Made by a program: the position numbers and the translations under genes. The notes beneath the pieces are model-generated. The model had not been told where the DNA came from. It did not search any database and saw only the letters and a program-made list of their open reading frames with translations. A DNA stretch of 37,227 nucleotides, from assembly GCA_046484135.1 (NCBI GenBank), contig JAWOBU010000199.1, positions 1 to 37,227 on the forward strand. Direction: 5' to 3'. Shown here piece by piece: positions 1 through 8,319 of this stretch. The DNA is from a bacterium. GTDB taxonomy: Bacteria > RBG-13-61-14 > DATKZS01. Numbering within the stretch: position 1 is the first letter of the stretch; every line of letters starts with the position of its first letter.

Positions 1-2
1 AC

Positions 3-251
3 CCGCTCCTGATCCAGTTCCGACCGGAGTGGTTCGAGATCAGGGTCATCGAGAATGGAGAGCCTATCGAGGCCCACGTAGAAATCGAGGCGACTCATAC
101 GGCCATCATTTCTTACTCGACGGATTTTATCTCCTTTGTCCGGGCGTGGCTCCGGGGCGAGATCAAGGTCCCCAAGCTATGGTCAAGGCCAAAGGACCAT
201 TATTACGCGGCCAGGATTTTCCTGGAGGGAGGAGGAGACAGTGAGCGATAA
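3..251 (+). CDS. Partial CDS (5' end outside window), possible SCP2 sterol/lipid-carrier-like domain protein
   Basis: Open frame from nt 3 to TAA at 249-251: PLLIQFRPEWFEIRVIENGEPIEAHVEIEATHTAIISYSTDFISFVRAWLRGEIKVPKLW...; the 'AWLRGEIKV' segment resembles the SCP2 C-terminal 'A(F/W)xxG+IKV' pattern. Not in the ORF track because it has no start codon in the window. Confidence 0.5.
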   Translation, partial: PLLIQFRPEWFEIRVIENGEPIEAHVEIEATHTAIISYSTDFISFVRAWLRGEIKVPKLWSRPKDHYYAARIFLEGGGDSER

Positions 252-324
252 AGCAAAGGTCTTTGATCTCTCGGCCGCAGGCGTCAGGATGCTGGGCGTC
301 CAAATCCCGGAGCATTCGGCATGA
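241..324 (+). CDS. 27-aa ORF of unknown status (small protein or gene remnant)
   Basis: GGAGGAG Shine-Dalgarno just before GTG at 241; MSDKAKVFDLSAAGVRMLGVQIPEHSA; TGA overlaps the ATG of the next gene (ATGA 321-324). Confidence 0.3.
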   Translation: MSDKAKVFDLSAAGVRMLGVQIPEHSA

Positions 325-800
325 CGGGTTTTTCGCTGGCCATACTTGGCCTCATCCTTGTCTCGGCCATAGCCGACCGGAAGAAGACCTGGGCCGGCCT
401 TGTAAAGGGCATGACCATGTTCGTGAACATCATGCCCACCATTCTTTGGGTCATGGTGCTGATGGCCCTGGTCCTTTATGTTATTCCTCCTCCGCTTATC
501 AGGGAGTACCTGGGCGATCAGTCCGGCGTCCCGGGCTTTCTCATAAGCGGAAGCATCGGGTCAGCGGCGCTGATGCCGGGTTTTATCTCCTATCCTCTAT
601 GCTCGGTTCTCCTGAAGCAGGGAGTAAGCGTGGCCGTAGTCGCCGTTTTTATCACCACTTTGATGATGGTGGGAACGGTTACGCTTCCGCTGGAGGCCCG
701 CTTTTTCGGATGGAAGGCCTCGCTGTTGCGAAACTTTATGAGCCTTTTGGGCGCGCTGGTGGTGGCCGGATTGATGGGGGCGGCTTATGCCTGGCTCTGA
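321..800 (+). CDS. DUF318/ArsP-like permease, first half of a split pair
   Basis: 159 aa hydrophobic protein; 'IPPPLIREYLG', 'MPGFISYPL', 'TLMMVGTVTLPLEARFFG..RN' typical of small two-gene permeases. Confidence 0.75.
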   Translation: MTGFSLAILGLILVSAIADRKKTWAGLVKGMTMFVNIMPTILWVMVLMALVLYVIPPPLIREYLGDQSGVPGFLISGSIGSAALMPGFISYPLCSVLLKQGVSVAVVAVFITTLMMVGTVTLPLEARFFGWKASLLRNFMSLLGALVVAGLMGAAYAWL

Positions 801-1338
801 GCAAGGGCAATGGAAGAAGGCGGCGGGCTACCTTCCGTTTTTCGCTTTTCTCGCTTTTGCGGGCGCGTCCATGTTTGTGGGGTGGCGTCCCGGGATCGAG
901 GTCTTCTACAAGTTCGGCGAGTTCGCTTCCGAAATCGTCATCATCCTTCCGCTGGTGTTTATGTTCATCGGGCTGGTTGACGTATGGGTCCCCAAGGATG
1001 CCATCGAAAAAAGGCTGGGAGAAGGCGCGGGATTAAAAGGCATGTTCTGGGTCATCCTCCTTGCCATGACCTATGCTGGACCGCTCTACGCGGCCTTCCC
1101 GGTGGCGCTCATGCTCCGGAAGAAGGGATGCTCCGTGCGCAACGTATTCATCTACCTGGGCGCGTTCTCAGCCATGAAGATCCCTATGCTGAGCTTCGAG
1201 ATCGGGTTCATGGGACTCAAGTTTTCCCTGCTGCGCCTGGTTTTCACGCTGCCGGTCTTCATCGCCATTGGAGTCTTGATGGAAAAGGTCCTGGGAAGCC
1301 GCTATGAACTGCGGGAGGTGGCATCATCTGCCGAGTGA
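787..1338 (+). CDS. DUF318/ArsP-like permease, second half of a split pair
   Basis: 183 aa membrane protein; 'DVWVPKDAIEKRLG', 'GPLYAAFPVA', 'KIPMLSFEIGFMGLKF' parallel the motifs of the upstream permease; overlaps it by 14 nt. Confidence 0.8.
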   Translation: MPGSEQGQWKKAAGYLPFFAFLAFAGASMFVGWRPGIEVFYKFGEFASEIVIILPLVFMFIGLVDVWVPKDAIEKRLGEGAGLKGMFWVILLAMTYAGPLYAAFPVALMLRKKGCSVRNVFIYLGAFSAMKIPMLSFEIGFMGLKFSLLRLVFTLPVFIAIGVLMEKVLGSRYELREVASSAE

Positions 1339-1443
1339 GGAAGATGCAGTGATAAAGTAAACAGGGAGCGGCAAATGCGGGTATCCCGCCTCCCGGGACT
1401 ATGAAGCCATCATGAATCTTGAAAACATGAAGGAGGAGTAGCT

Positions 1444-2649
1444 ATGTCTGAGAGTAAAACCACAAGGTGGAAAGGAATTACGATATTCTCTGTCTTGGTC
1501 ATAATAGCGATAACGGTCTCGGCAACCTTTACGGGACACTGGGTCCTGACTGCGCTGCCTGTCGGTTTCCTTTTCGGCTTTTTCCTGGAGAAGGCCGACC
1601 TGTGCGGGGCATCGGCCTTCAGCGAGGCCTTCATGTGGAAGGACTGGCGCAAGCTCCAGGGAATATGGATGATTGTAGCGGTCAGCATGCCGGCCTTTGC
1701 ACTGTTTGCGGGACTGGACCTGATCAAGCTGAACCCCAAGCCGCTGTTGTGGGCCAACTACATCGTGGGCGGGGCGATCTTCGGCGTGGGCATGGTCCTG
1801 GCCGGCGGATGCGTGAGCGGAAGCCTGTACAAGAGCGGCCAGGGCAACCTGAACTCCATGGCCGCCCTGGTAGGCATTCCCATAGGGATTATGGCTGTCG
1901 AACACGGCCCTTTAAACGGCTTTCTCGAAACATTAAAAAGCTATGTCGTGAAGAGCGCGGAGGGCGGGCCGGTCACATTCTTTTCGATCACTCACCTTCC
2001 CTACTGGCTCTTGGCGATAATAATCACCGCGGTTACGCTCGGCGTCGCACTTTACCTGCGCAAAAAGCAGAACAAGCCGGCAAAAAGCGAGGGGCCGTCC
2101 GAGATGCCCTTTCTGCAAAGAGTCCTTACCAGGCCGTGGAGGCCATGGCAGGCCGGGGTGGCCATCGGGCTTCTCGCCGTTTTCGCTTACATGTCTTCGG
2201 CCGCCAGCGGCAGGAACTACCCGCTCGGGGTGACCCACGGGGTCATGCACGCCGAGCTACTCGTCACTGACGCGCCGCTTAACCACGTTTACGCACCCCA
2301 GCCGAAAACACCCGCGGCCACGGATGACAAAGCGCCGCCCAAGCCGGCCAAGAAAGTCTCGTGGTGGCTCATCCTGGAGGTGAGCGCCCTGGTGCTGGGC
2401 TCTTTTGTGAGCGCGAGATTATCGGGCAGGGCCAAGCTTCTGCCCAAGCCGCCCGAGCAGACGGTGACCGCCTTTTTCGGAGGAATACTGGTGGGAACGG
2501 GAGCGGCCATAGCCAGAGGATGCGTGGTCGGAAACATCATGAGCGGCCTGGCGCTCATGAGCGTCGGGAACCTTCTCTTCGCGGTTGTCGTCTTGCTCGC
2601 CAACTGGGCCACCACTTACATCTACCTGATGGGAAGGCAAAGAGTGTAG
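1444..2649 (+). CDS. YeeE/YedE family sulfur-compound (thiosulfate) transporter
   Basis: 401 aa multi-TM protein with three family-type Cys motifs (DLC, LAGGCVSG, IARGCVVG) and 'GGAIFGVGMVLAG'; AGGAGG RBS upstream. Confidence 0.88.
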   Translation: MSESKTTRWKGITIFSVLVIIAITVSATFTGHWVLTALPVGFLFGFFLEKADLCGASAFSEAFMWKDWRKLQGIWMIVAVSMPAFALFAGLDLIKLNPKPLLWANYIVGGAIFGVGMVLAGGCVSGSLYKSGQGNLNSMAALVGIPIGIMAVEHGPLNGFLETLKSYVVKSAEGGPVTFFSITHLPYWLLAIIITAVTLGVALYLRKKQNKPAKSEGPSEMPFLQRVLTRPWRPWQAGVAIGLLAVFAYMSSAASGRNYPLGVTHGVMHAELLVTDAPLNHVYAPQPKTPAATDDKAPPKPAKKVSWWLILEVSALVLGSFVSARLSGRAKLLPKPPEQTVTAFFGGILVGTGAAIARGCVVGNIMSGLALMSVGNLLFAVVVLLANWATTYIYLMGRQRV

Positions 2650-2651
2650 AC

Positions 2652-2780
2652 ATGAAAGACAAAATAAAAATACTTTTCTTATGCACCGGCAACTCCTGCC
2701 GAAGCCGAAAGACGGGCGTCCTCCTGGTCGCCCTGGCAGGAGCATATCTTATAGCGTTCCGGCTTCCGTGGTTTATATAA
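2652..2780 (+). pseudogene. arsC: Chimeric remnant: 5' end of a thioredoxin-type arsenate reductase/LMW-PTP fused to an unrelated transmembrane C-terminus
   Basis: MKDKIKILFLCTGNSCRS is the ArsC/LMW-PTP P-loop; the expected QMAEG continuation is replaced by RKTGVLLVALAGAYLIAFRLPWFI-stop (42 aa total). Confidence 0.75.
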
Positions 2781-2877
2781 AAACACATACGTCTTCACCT
2801 GATAATGGCGGCAGTTATACCGTCATCTCGACCTTGTTCCGCATATTTGCAGAGCCGGAAAAATTGATTGGCCGCGC

Positions 2878-2971
2878 GTGAAGTTCCCCCAATTTTAATT
2901 CCCTGATTCTGGATTCCCTTTTCATATTGCCGGGATATGTTTTCCCCCAAGTGAAAATGGGGGAACTTCAC
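2878..2971. repeat. Inverted-repeat pair (REP-like or MITE-like ends)
   Basis: GTGAAGTTCCCCCAATTTT (2878-2896) and AAAATGGGGGAACTTCAC (2954-2971) are reverse complements apart from a 1-nt indel. Confidence 0.7.
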
Positions 2972-3044
2972 TGTGCTGATAAAGCCTTTTGCTTTTTTGA
3001 CATGAGCAAAGTCGGAAGACAGGTTCAAGCTCGGTTACAGAGTT

Positions 3045-3096
3045 CCTGCAGTCGCGCTATGCGCGCCTGCCCACACAACAAGTTGTGGGGGCTATC
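3045..3096. repeat. 52-nt double-hairpin intergenic repeat, copy 1
   Basis: CCTGCAG-TCGCGC-TAT-GCGCGC-CTGCCCACACAACAAGTTGTGGGGGCTATC; aligns without gaps to 23722-23773. Confidence 0.8.
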
Positions 3097-3114
3097 CTGA
3101 GGGCAAGCGGCAAT

Positions 3115-4389
3115 TTATTTCTCGAGGATGTGGATGGACATGGCTGCCTCTTCCGTTCCGATAAAGCCGCCGCCGTTCTCTGCCAGTGCGAGGCGGGCGT
3201 TCTCGACCTGTCGCTTGCCCGCTTCCCCCCGGAGCTGAGCGACCAGCTCGATCAGCTGTCCCGCGCCGGTGGCGCCGATGGGGTGGCCTCTGCATTCGAG
3301 TCCGCCGCTGGTGTTTATGGGAATACGACCGCCCAGCCGGGTGGCGCCCGATTCAGCCAGTTCCCCTCCCCTGCCCTTCTCGGCAAAGCCCAACTCCTCG
3401 GTCTGCATAAGCTCTCCGAACGCGGTGGCGTCGTGTAGCTCTGCCAGGCTTATGTCTTCCGGGCCTACGCCTGCCTGGTTGTAGGCGCGCTCTCCCAATC
3501 TCTCGCCTATTCCTTTGCCGTCCGGCCGCTCGAACCTTCCGGAGAGGATGACGGAAGCTCGTATCTTTACGGGCCGGGCCTCGCTTCCCAGCTTGTTCTT
3601 CATCTTTTCGGAGGCCAGTATGAGCGCGGCTGCTCCGTCGCCGATAGGCGCGCACATGGACCGGGTGAGGGGGTATGCCACCGGCGTGTCCGCCAGGACC
3701 TCCTCGACACTCATGTCCTTCTGGAACTGGGCCATGGGGTTCATGGACCCGTGGTAGTGGTTCTTGGCCGCGATCACCGCCAACTGCTCCTGGGTGCTCC
3801 CGTAGCTCTTCATGTGCATGCGCGCGCCTGTGGCGTAGATGTCCATGAAAGAGCTTCTCTGCTTTTCCTTGGCAGGGGCCTCGCCCTTTTGTTCGGCCAT
3901 CTCTTCGGCTTTCTGTCTCGCCTGTGCTTTCATGGCCTCGACTATCTTGGCGGTGACCTCCACGTCGGTGCCGGAGAGGAACCCGTCGAACATGCGCTTT
4001 CTGTCGTCCGGGAAGTAAAGTTTCTCTACCCCCACCGCCAGCACCAGGTCGTAAACGCCGGCCTTTACACTCATCCACGCCGCGTGCACCGCGTTGGACC
4101 CGCCTGCGCACGCGTTCTCCACGTTCATGATGGGTATGCCCTGGATGCCGGCGGGCAGAAGCGCGACCTCCCCCCGGATGCAATGCTGGCCCACCGGCAT
4201 TCCCTTGTCCGGCTCCACCTGCATGCCCCAGCCGCTGTTGCCGAAAAAGGCGGCCTCGAGGTCTTCCTTCTTCACCGGCGTGTCCTTGCACAAAGCATCG
4301 AGGCACTCCACCGACATCTGCTTGACACTCTTGTCCGGCATCTTGGAAAAGCGGATCATGCCCGCTCCCACTATGTAAACATCGTCCAT
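3115..4389 (-). CDS. Thiolase family protein (SCP2-thiolase/non-specific lipid-transfer type)
   Basis: NVENACAGG (Cys nucleophile), ELHDA, NTSGGL..GHPIGATG, terminal ENGGG; AGGAG RBS. Confidence 0.92.
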   Translation of the reverse strand: MDDVYIVGAGMIRFSKMPDKSVKQMSVECLDALCKDTPVKKEDLEAAFFGNSGWGMQVEPDKGMPVGQHCIRGEVALLPAGIQGIPIMNVENACAGGSNAVHAAWMSVKAGVYDLVLAVGVEKLYFPDDRKRMFDGFLSGTDVEVTAKIVEAMKAQARQKAEEMAEQKGEAPAKEKQRSSFMDIYATGARMHMKSYGSTQEQLAVIAAKNHYHGSMNPMAQFQKDMSVEEVLADTPVAYPLTRSMCAPIGDGAAALILASEKMKNKLGSEARPVKIRASVILSGRFERPDGKGIGERLGERAYNQAGVGPEDISLAELHDATAFGELMQTEELGFAEKGRGGELAESGATRLGGRIPINTSGGLECRGHPIGATGAGQLIELVAQLRGEAGKRQVENARLALAENGGGFIGTEEAAMSIHILEK

Positions 4390-4454
4390 CAGCCGCTCCT
4401 GCTTTTCACGTTATTAGCTCGGTCAAGAAATTATTGCATACTAAGACCGGGTCG

Positions 4455-5390
4455 TCACCTCGTCCCCGGCATGGTCTCCAGGAGCTTTATAAGCGCCCCC
4501 CTGGTGTCGCAGGAAGGCGTCCACCCCATCTCCCTCTTGGCTTTTTCATTGCTCACGATGATGGGATGTCTTGTAACCTCGATCCAGCCGGAGGACAGGG
4601 TGCCAAGGCGGAGCGTCCAGGTGATCCTTGAGAGCCAAAGCGCCAGCGAGTAAGGAAGAGTAATGCAGGGCACGCCCCTGATCCCGGCCATGTCATCCAT
4701 GGTGATGAAGCCGTCGCCCGCTATGTTATAAGCGCCGTGGAAGTCGCCGCCGAGCGCCAGGTGAATGGCCCGGGCCACGTCCTCGTCCCAGGTCAACTGG
4801 AGCTTGTTTTCCAAGCCCCGCAGGCGGGCCAACAGCCGGGCGGACATAACGGCGGTGATGGCGTTGTTAATAGTAGGGCCCACGAATATGCTCGGCCGGA
4901 GCCTGGTGATGACCAGCTCGGGATGGTCCTTTTCAAACTCGTCCAGGAACTCTTCCACCGCCGCCTTGGAGCGAGAGTAGTAGAAACCGGGCATGCCCCG
5001 GACCGGCACGTCCTCGGTTATGAGCGCCGGGTTGTCCGGCCACGACCCGTAGGCCGCGACCGAGCTCAAGTGCACGATCTTTTTGACGCCGGCGCGGGCC
5101 GCACAACGGAACACGTTTTTGGAGCCGTTTATGTTGATGTCGTCAGCCTTTGCCTCGTCCCGGATGGGCATGACTATGTAGGCGAGATGCACCAGCGCGT
5201 CGCAGCCCTGCATGTGGACTGCAAGCTCGGGGTCGCGCACGTCCGCTTTTATAAACTCGAGCTTGTCCGACCGGAATCGGGGTTCCTTGAGATCAAAGCC
5301 GGTGATGCTCCGGATTGACTCGTCCGCTTCCAGAAGCGGAATGAGCGTCCTGGCCAGGTAGCTCGATATGCCGGTTACAGCTAACTCCAT
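4455..5390 (-). CDS. Extended SDR / NAD-dependent epimerase-dehydratase
   Basis: TGISSYLA Rossmann variant, VHLA, SSVAAYG, YSRSK catalytic motif. Confidence 0.88.
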   Translation of the reverse strand: MELAVTGISSYLARTLIPLLEADESIRSITGFDLKEPRFRSDKLEFIKADVRDPELAVHMQGCDALVHLAYIVMPIRDEAKADDININGSKNVFRCAARAGVKKIVHLSSVAAYGSWPDNPALITEDVPVRGMPGFYYSRSKAAVEEFLDEFEKDHPELVITRLRPSIFVGPTINNAITAVMSARLLARLRGLENKLQLTWDEDVARAIHLALGGDFHGAYNIAGDGFITMDDMAGIRGVPCITLPYSLALWLSRITWTLRLGTLSSGWIEVTRHPIIVSNEKAKREMGWTPSCDTRGALIKLLETMPGTR

Positions 5391-5427
5391 TTTTCTCTCG
5401 TCCTTTAAACGGACCGCTTAATGGTCC

Positions 5428-5751
5428 TCAAAACTTGCGGGGCCACTCCGGCTCTCCCCGATCAATGTACTTGAAGAAGTGACTGAACATGATGTAGTCG
5501 GTGATACTGATGGCTTCGTTCGGGCAGATGGCCACGCAGTCGCCGCACGAGATGCACACCGGGAGGTCGGAAACCATCCTGCACTTTTCGTCCTCGACCA
5601 CCAAACAGCTCGCGGCGCAGGCGTAGTTGCAGACCTTGCACCCGTTGCACTTTTCCGGGTCTATGGACACCACCCCCATCATCATCTCGTCTCCAAGCTT
5701 CAAAAAGCTCGGGACCTTCTTTCTGTCTTTCCAGTTTAGAAACTCCGGCAT
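5428..5751 (-). CDS. 2x[4Fe-4S] ferredoxin-like protein
   Basis: CNGCKVCNYAC and CISCGDCVAICP motifs; GAGGTG RBS. Confidence 0.88.
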   Translation of the reverse strand: MPEFLNWKDRKKVPSFLKLGDEMMMGVVSIDPEKCNGCKVCNYACAASCLVVEDEKCRMVSDLPVCISCGDCVAICPNEAISITDYIMFSHFFKYIDRGEPEWPRKF

Positions 5752-5763
5752 GAGTGCACCTCT

Positions 5764-6501
5764 TTAATATACTACCCGGCGCTTACCGTCCTCGCCGAAC
5801 CAGTCAATGGCCTGGGTCTCCCTCTTTACGTACCCGTCCGGCCTGCCGCGCGGATACCCGAACGCGATCGAGGTGTAGAGCTTGTACGGGTAGTGTAGCC
5901 CCAGCGTCTTCTTCCACTTTCTCAACATGGCCAGCGGCGTGCAGAAGCTCACCCAGCAGGTGCCGAGCCCGTAGGAGTGAGCGGTGAGCACCATGTTCTG
6001 CCCTGCTATGCCTACGTCAATGGCAGGGTCTCCCGGAGACCTCTTGTCCCCCAGAAGCAGGACCACGGTGGGCGCGCCGTGCCACACCCCGAGCTTGCCC
6101 TCGGCAATGAGCTTCATGGCCCCGAAGGGGATTGGATGGAACATGCTCGGCATAAACCTCATCAGGGCCTTGGCCCGCCATTGCTTTCTTTCATTGCCAG
6201 CCTCAATGTAGTCCGCGATCTTCATGACCCGCTTGCACACCTTGACCACGTCATCGGTCATCTCGGCTATCATGTCCCGGTCCCGGACCACCACGAACTT
6301 CCAGGTCTGGACGTTTCCCGCGGAAGGCGCGAACCTCCCGGTCTCCAGCACCCTTCTTACCAGGTACTCCGGCACCTGCTTGTCCTTGTAATAGCGTACG
6401 CTCCTCCGGCCGTAAACCACGTCTTCCAGAAAGTTGAAGTCCGCGCCCGACTCCGGCGGCCTCCTTCTCGGCTCCTGTTCGTTCAAAACCGCTTCCACCA
6501 T
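5764..6501 (-). CDS. Nitroreductase family flavoprotein
   Basis: RRSVRYY, APSAGNVQTW, QNMVLTAHSYGLGTCW, IAFGYP. Start moved from 6621 to ATG 6501 (GGAAGGGAG RBS, avoids overlap with the radical SAM gene). Confidence 0.9.
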   Translation of the reverse strand: MVEAVLNEQEPRRRPPESGADFNFLEDVVYGRRSVRYYKDKQVPEYLVRRVLETGRFAPSAGNVQTWKFVVVRDRDMIAEMTDDVVKVCKRVMKIADYIEAGNERKQWRAKALMRFMPSMFHPIPFGAMKLIAEGKLGVWHGAPTVVLLLGDKRSPGDPAIDVGIAGQNMVLTAHSYGLGTCWVSFCTPLAMLRKWKKTLGLHYPYKLYTSIAFGYPRGRPDGYVKRETQAIDWFGEDGKRRVVY

Positions 6502-6539
6502 GTTAATGCTCCCTTCCTGCGGACCGCGTGAGGCCTGGT

Positions 6540-8267
6540 TCAGCCGTGTTTCTCCCGCGAGAAAGCCCACCAGTCCCTGTAAGGCACCGGCTTTTTCTGC
6601 TTCCTTCCCTTTCTGACCCATACCCGGTGGTCAAAGGTGTTGTAATAGGTCCACCGCGGCGGCGGGTCTGATACCACCTCCGGCGGAGGCGCTTCCGTCG
6701 CCTTCCTTAGGTTGTTCGAGATGTGATAGGACAGCGCCTTGGACACCACGGGCGGGCGGCCCACCTCTTGGCGGTAGCGCCTCTCAAGCTCGGCCGCCCT
6801 CTCTCTGACTTCCCCGCTGTGGTGGTGGAGCTCACAGCCGCGCAAATAAGAAAACGAGGCGGACGCAAGCTGCTGTGCCCTTTTGCACAGATACTTATGA
6901 TAATCGTCGTCATAGCCCTTCAGGTTCTGCGCCACATCGAGCATGTTCTCAGCGAACTGGAGAGGAGGCGGTCCCAGCTTGTCCCGGATTTGCCGGTGGG
7001 CGTAGTCGAAGTGCTCCTTGATCTCGCCGGGCTCGAAGTTCGCGAGTTCGAACACGTCGTCCTTCCACAAAGTGAAGTCCTCCCACTTATAGGTGTCCTT
7101 GATACGGCCCTCCTCCTCCATCCGCTCGTACAAAGGGGTGCCCGGGCAGGGAGTCAACGGAGATAGCTGGTAGAAAAAGGGCTTTAAGTCCACGAACCGG
7201 TCTATGTCCTCGGTGAGGTTCTCGTGGTCGTGGAAATCAAAACCCAGCACCAGCGAGCCCACCGTAACGATGCCGTTCTGGTGCAGGCCCTCAAATATCT
7301 CCTTTATCTCCTTGCCTTTGCGCTTGGCGTAGTGGTCCTCGGTGGTGCCCTCGCCGGAGAGGAAGCTCTCCACCCCGATCCAGACCGCTCCCAGCCCGCA
7401 ATCGCGGAGTTCCTCCGGCGTAAACTGGGACATGGACCGCATGGACCCGAAGCTGAACCAGCGGACCCCCCAGGTGTCTTTGTCCGACCGGAGCAGCCTG
7501 CCCAGCTCCCGCACGTACTCGGGGTTCAAAAATATGTCCTCGTCGAAAAGCAAGACGTAAAGGTCCTTGTACTTGAGCCGCTTCTGGTAGTTCTTGATGA
7601 ACCGGTAGACCTGCTCGGGCTCGGCCACGTATATCTTTTTGTGGTGGAAGAAGGCGCTGGTGTTGCAGAAGTCGCACGCGTTCGGACATCCCAGGCTCAC
7701 CAGTATTATGGGCAGTCGGAGCCTGGCCCCCAGCCCGGCCACGGAGAAGCCGGTGGTGGGAAGGTGGTACTGGGATATCTCGCGGTCCTGCGGCTCGTCG
7801 CCCAGGATGCGGCGCATGAAGCCCACTCCCTCCTCCCGGCAGAGGTGGTCGGCGTTATCGCGGATATATACGGCGTCGCCGTCCGTGTCCCCCGGCACCG
7901 GGTTCCCGAGCGTTCCCACGCCGTATCCTCCCACCACTATCCTGGTGCCCGGGCTTTTCTCGCGGATGCGCTTCATCATCTCGGCCACCTTCTTGGTGTG
8001 CAGGCTCTTGAGCTGGAACCCCACGTAGTCGTACCCTTCGTCCAGCTCCCGGTCGAACTCCTCCCAGTGAGGGTTCTCGAGCACCGTGGTCGGGTTCTTG
8101 ATGTTCTCGGCGATTAGATACAGCCCGAAGTAATGGCAGTGGGACGTCATCTGGAAGGGTCCGTGTCCCCGGGCGAGCCGGGAGGTCAAAAGGTCGTACA
8201 TGTCTTCTCCCCAGCCCAGCTCGTTGGGGCCGTAGCTCGCGGTCAAAAGCACTCTCGGTTTGTCCAT
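6540..8267 (-). CDS. Cobalamin-binding radical SAM enzyme
   Basis: N-terminal B12-binding-like domain (YDYVG...IVVGGYG), CPNACDFC CxxxCxxC motif, DEDIF, IGVES, LTPCPGTPLY; AGGAGG RBS. Confidence 0.9.
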   Translation of the reverse strand: MDKPRVLLTASYGPNELGWGEDMYDLLTSRLARGHGPFQMTSHCHYFGLYLIAENIKNPTTVLENPHWEEFDRELDEGYDYVGFQLKSLHTKKVAEMMKRIREKSPGTRIVVGGYGVGTLGNPVPGDTDGDAVYIRDNADHLCREEGVGFMRRILGDEPQDREISQYHLPTTGFSVAGLGARLRLPIILVSLGCPNACDFCNTSAFFHHKKIYVAEPEQVYRFIKNYQKRLKYKDLYVLLFDEDIFLNPEYVRELGRLLRSDKDTWGVRWFSFGSMRSMSQFTPEELRDCGLGAVWIGVESFLSGEGTTEDHYAKRKGKEIKEIFEGLHQNGIVTVGSLVLGFDFHDHENLTEDIDRFVDLKPFFYQLSPLTPCPGTPLYERMEEEGRIKDTYKWEDFTLWKDDVFELANFEPGEIKEHFDYAHRQIRDKLGPPPLQFAENMLDVAQNLKGYDDDYHKYLCKRAQQLASASFSYLRGCELHHHSGEVRERAAELERRYRQEVGRPPVVSKALSYHISNNLRKATEAPPPEVVSDPPPRWTYYNTFDHRVWVRKGRKQKKPVPYRDWWAFSREKHG

Positions 8268-8319
8268 GATGTCCTCCTTAAAAAGCTGCCTGGAACCGCC
8301 GGGCAGTGTTTCTCTTCAT

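Noticed and set aside
263..1036. Long alternative-frame and antisense ORFs (also 1467-2270, 3353-4306, 3751-4653, 7224-8117, 16726-17691, 23999-25372, 29567-30937)
   Set aside because: Shadows of well-supported genes in GC-rich DNA; no motifs or RBS.
1361..1441. Intergenic frame TGSGKCGYPASRDYEAIMNLENMKEE resembling the TnpB C-terminal CG...RD.NAA.N motif
   Set aside because: Only 26 codons, closed by an upstream TAA, no start codon, key Asn absent; cannot be distinguished from chance.
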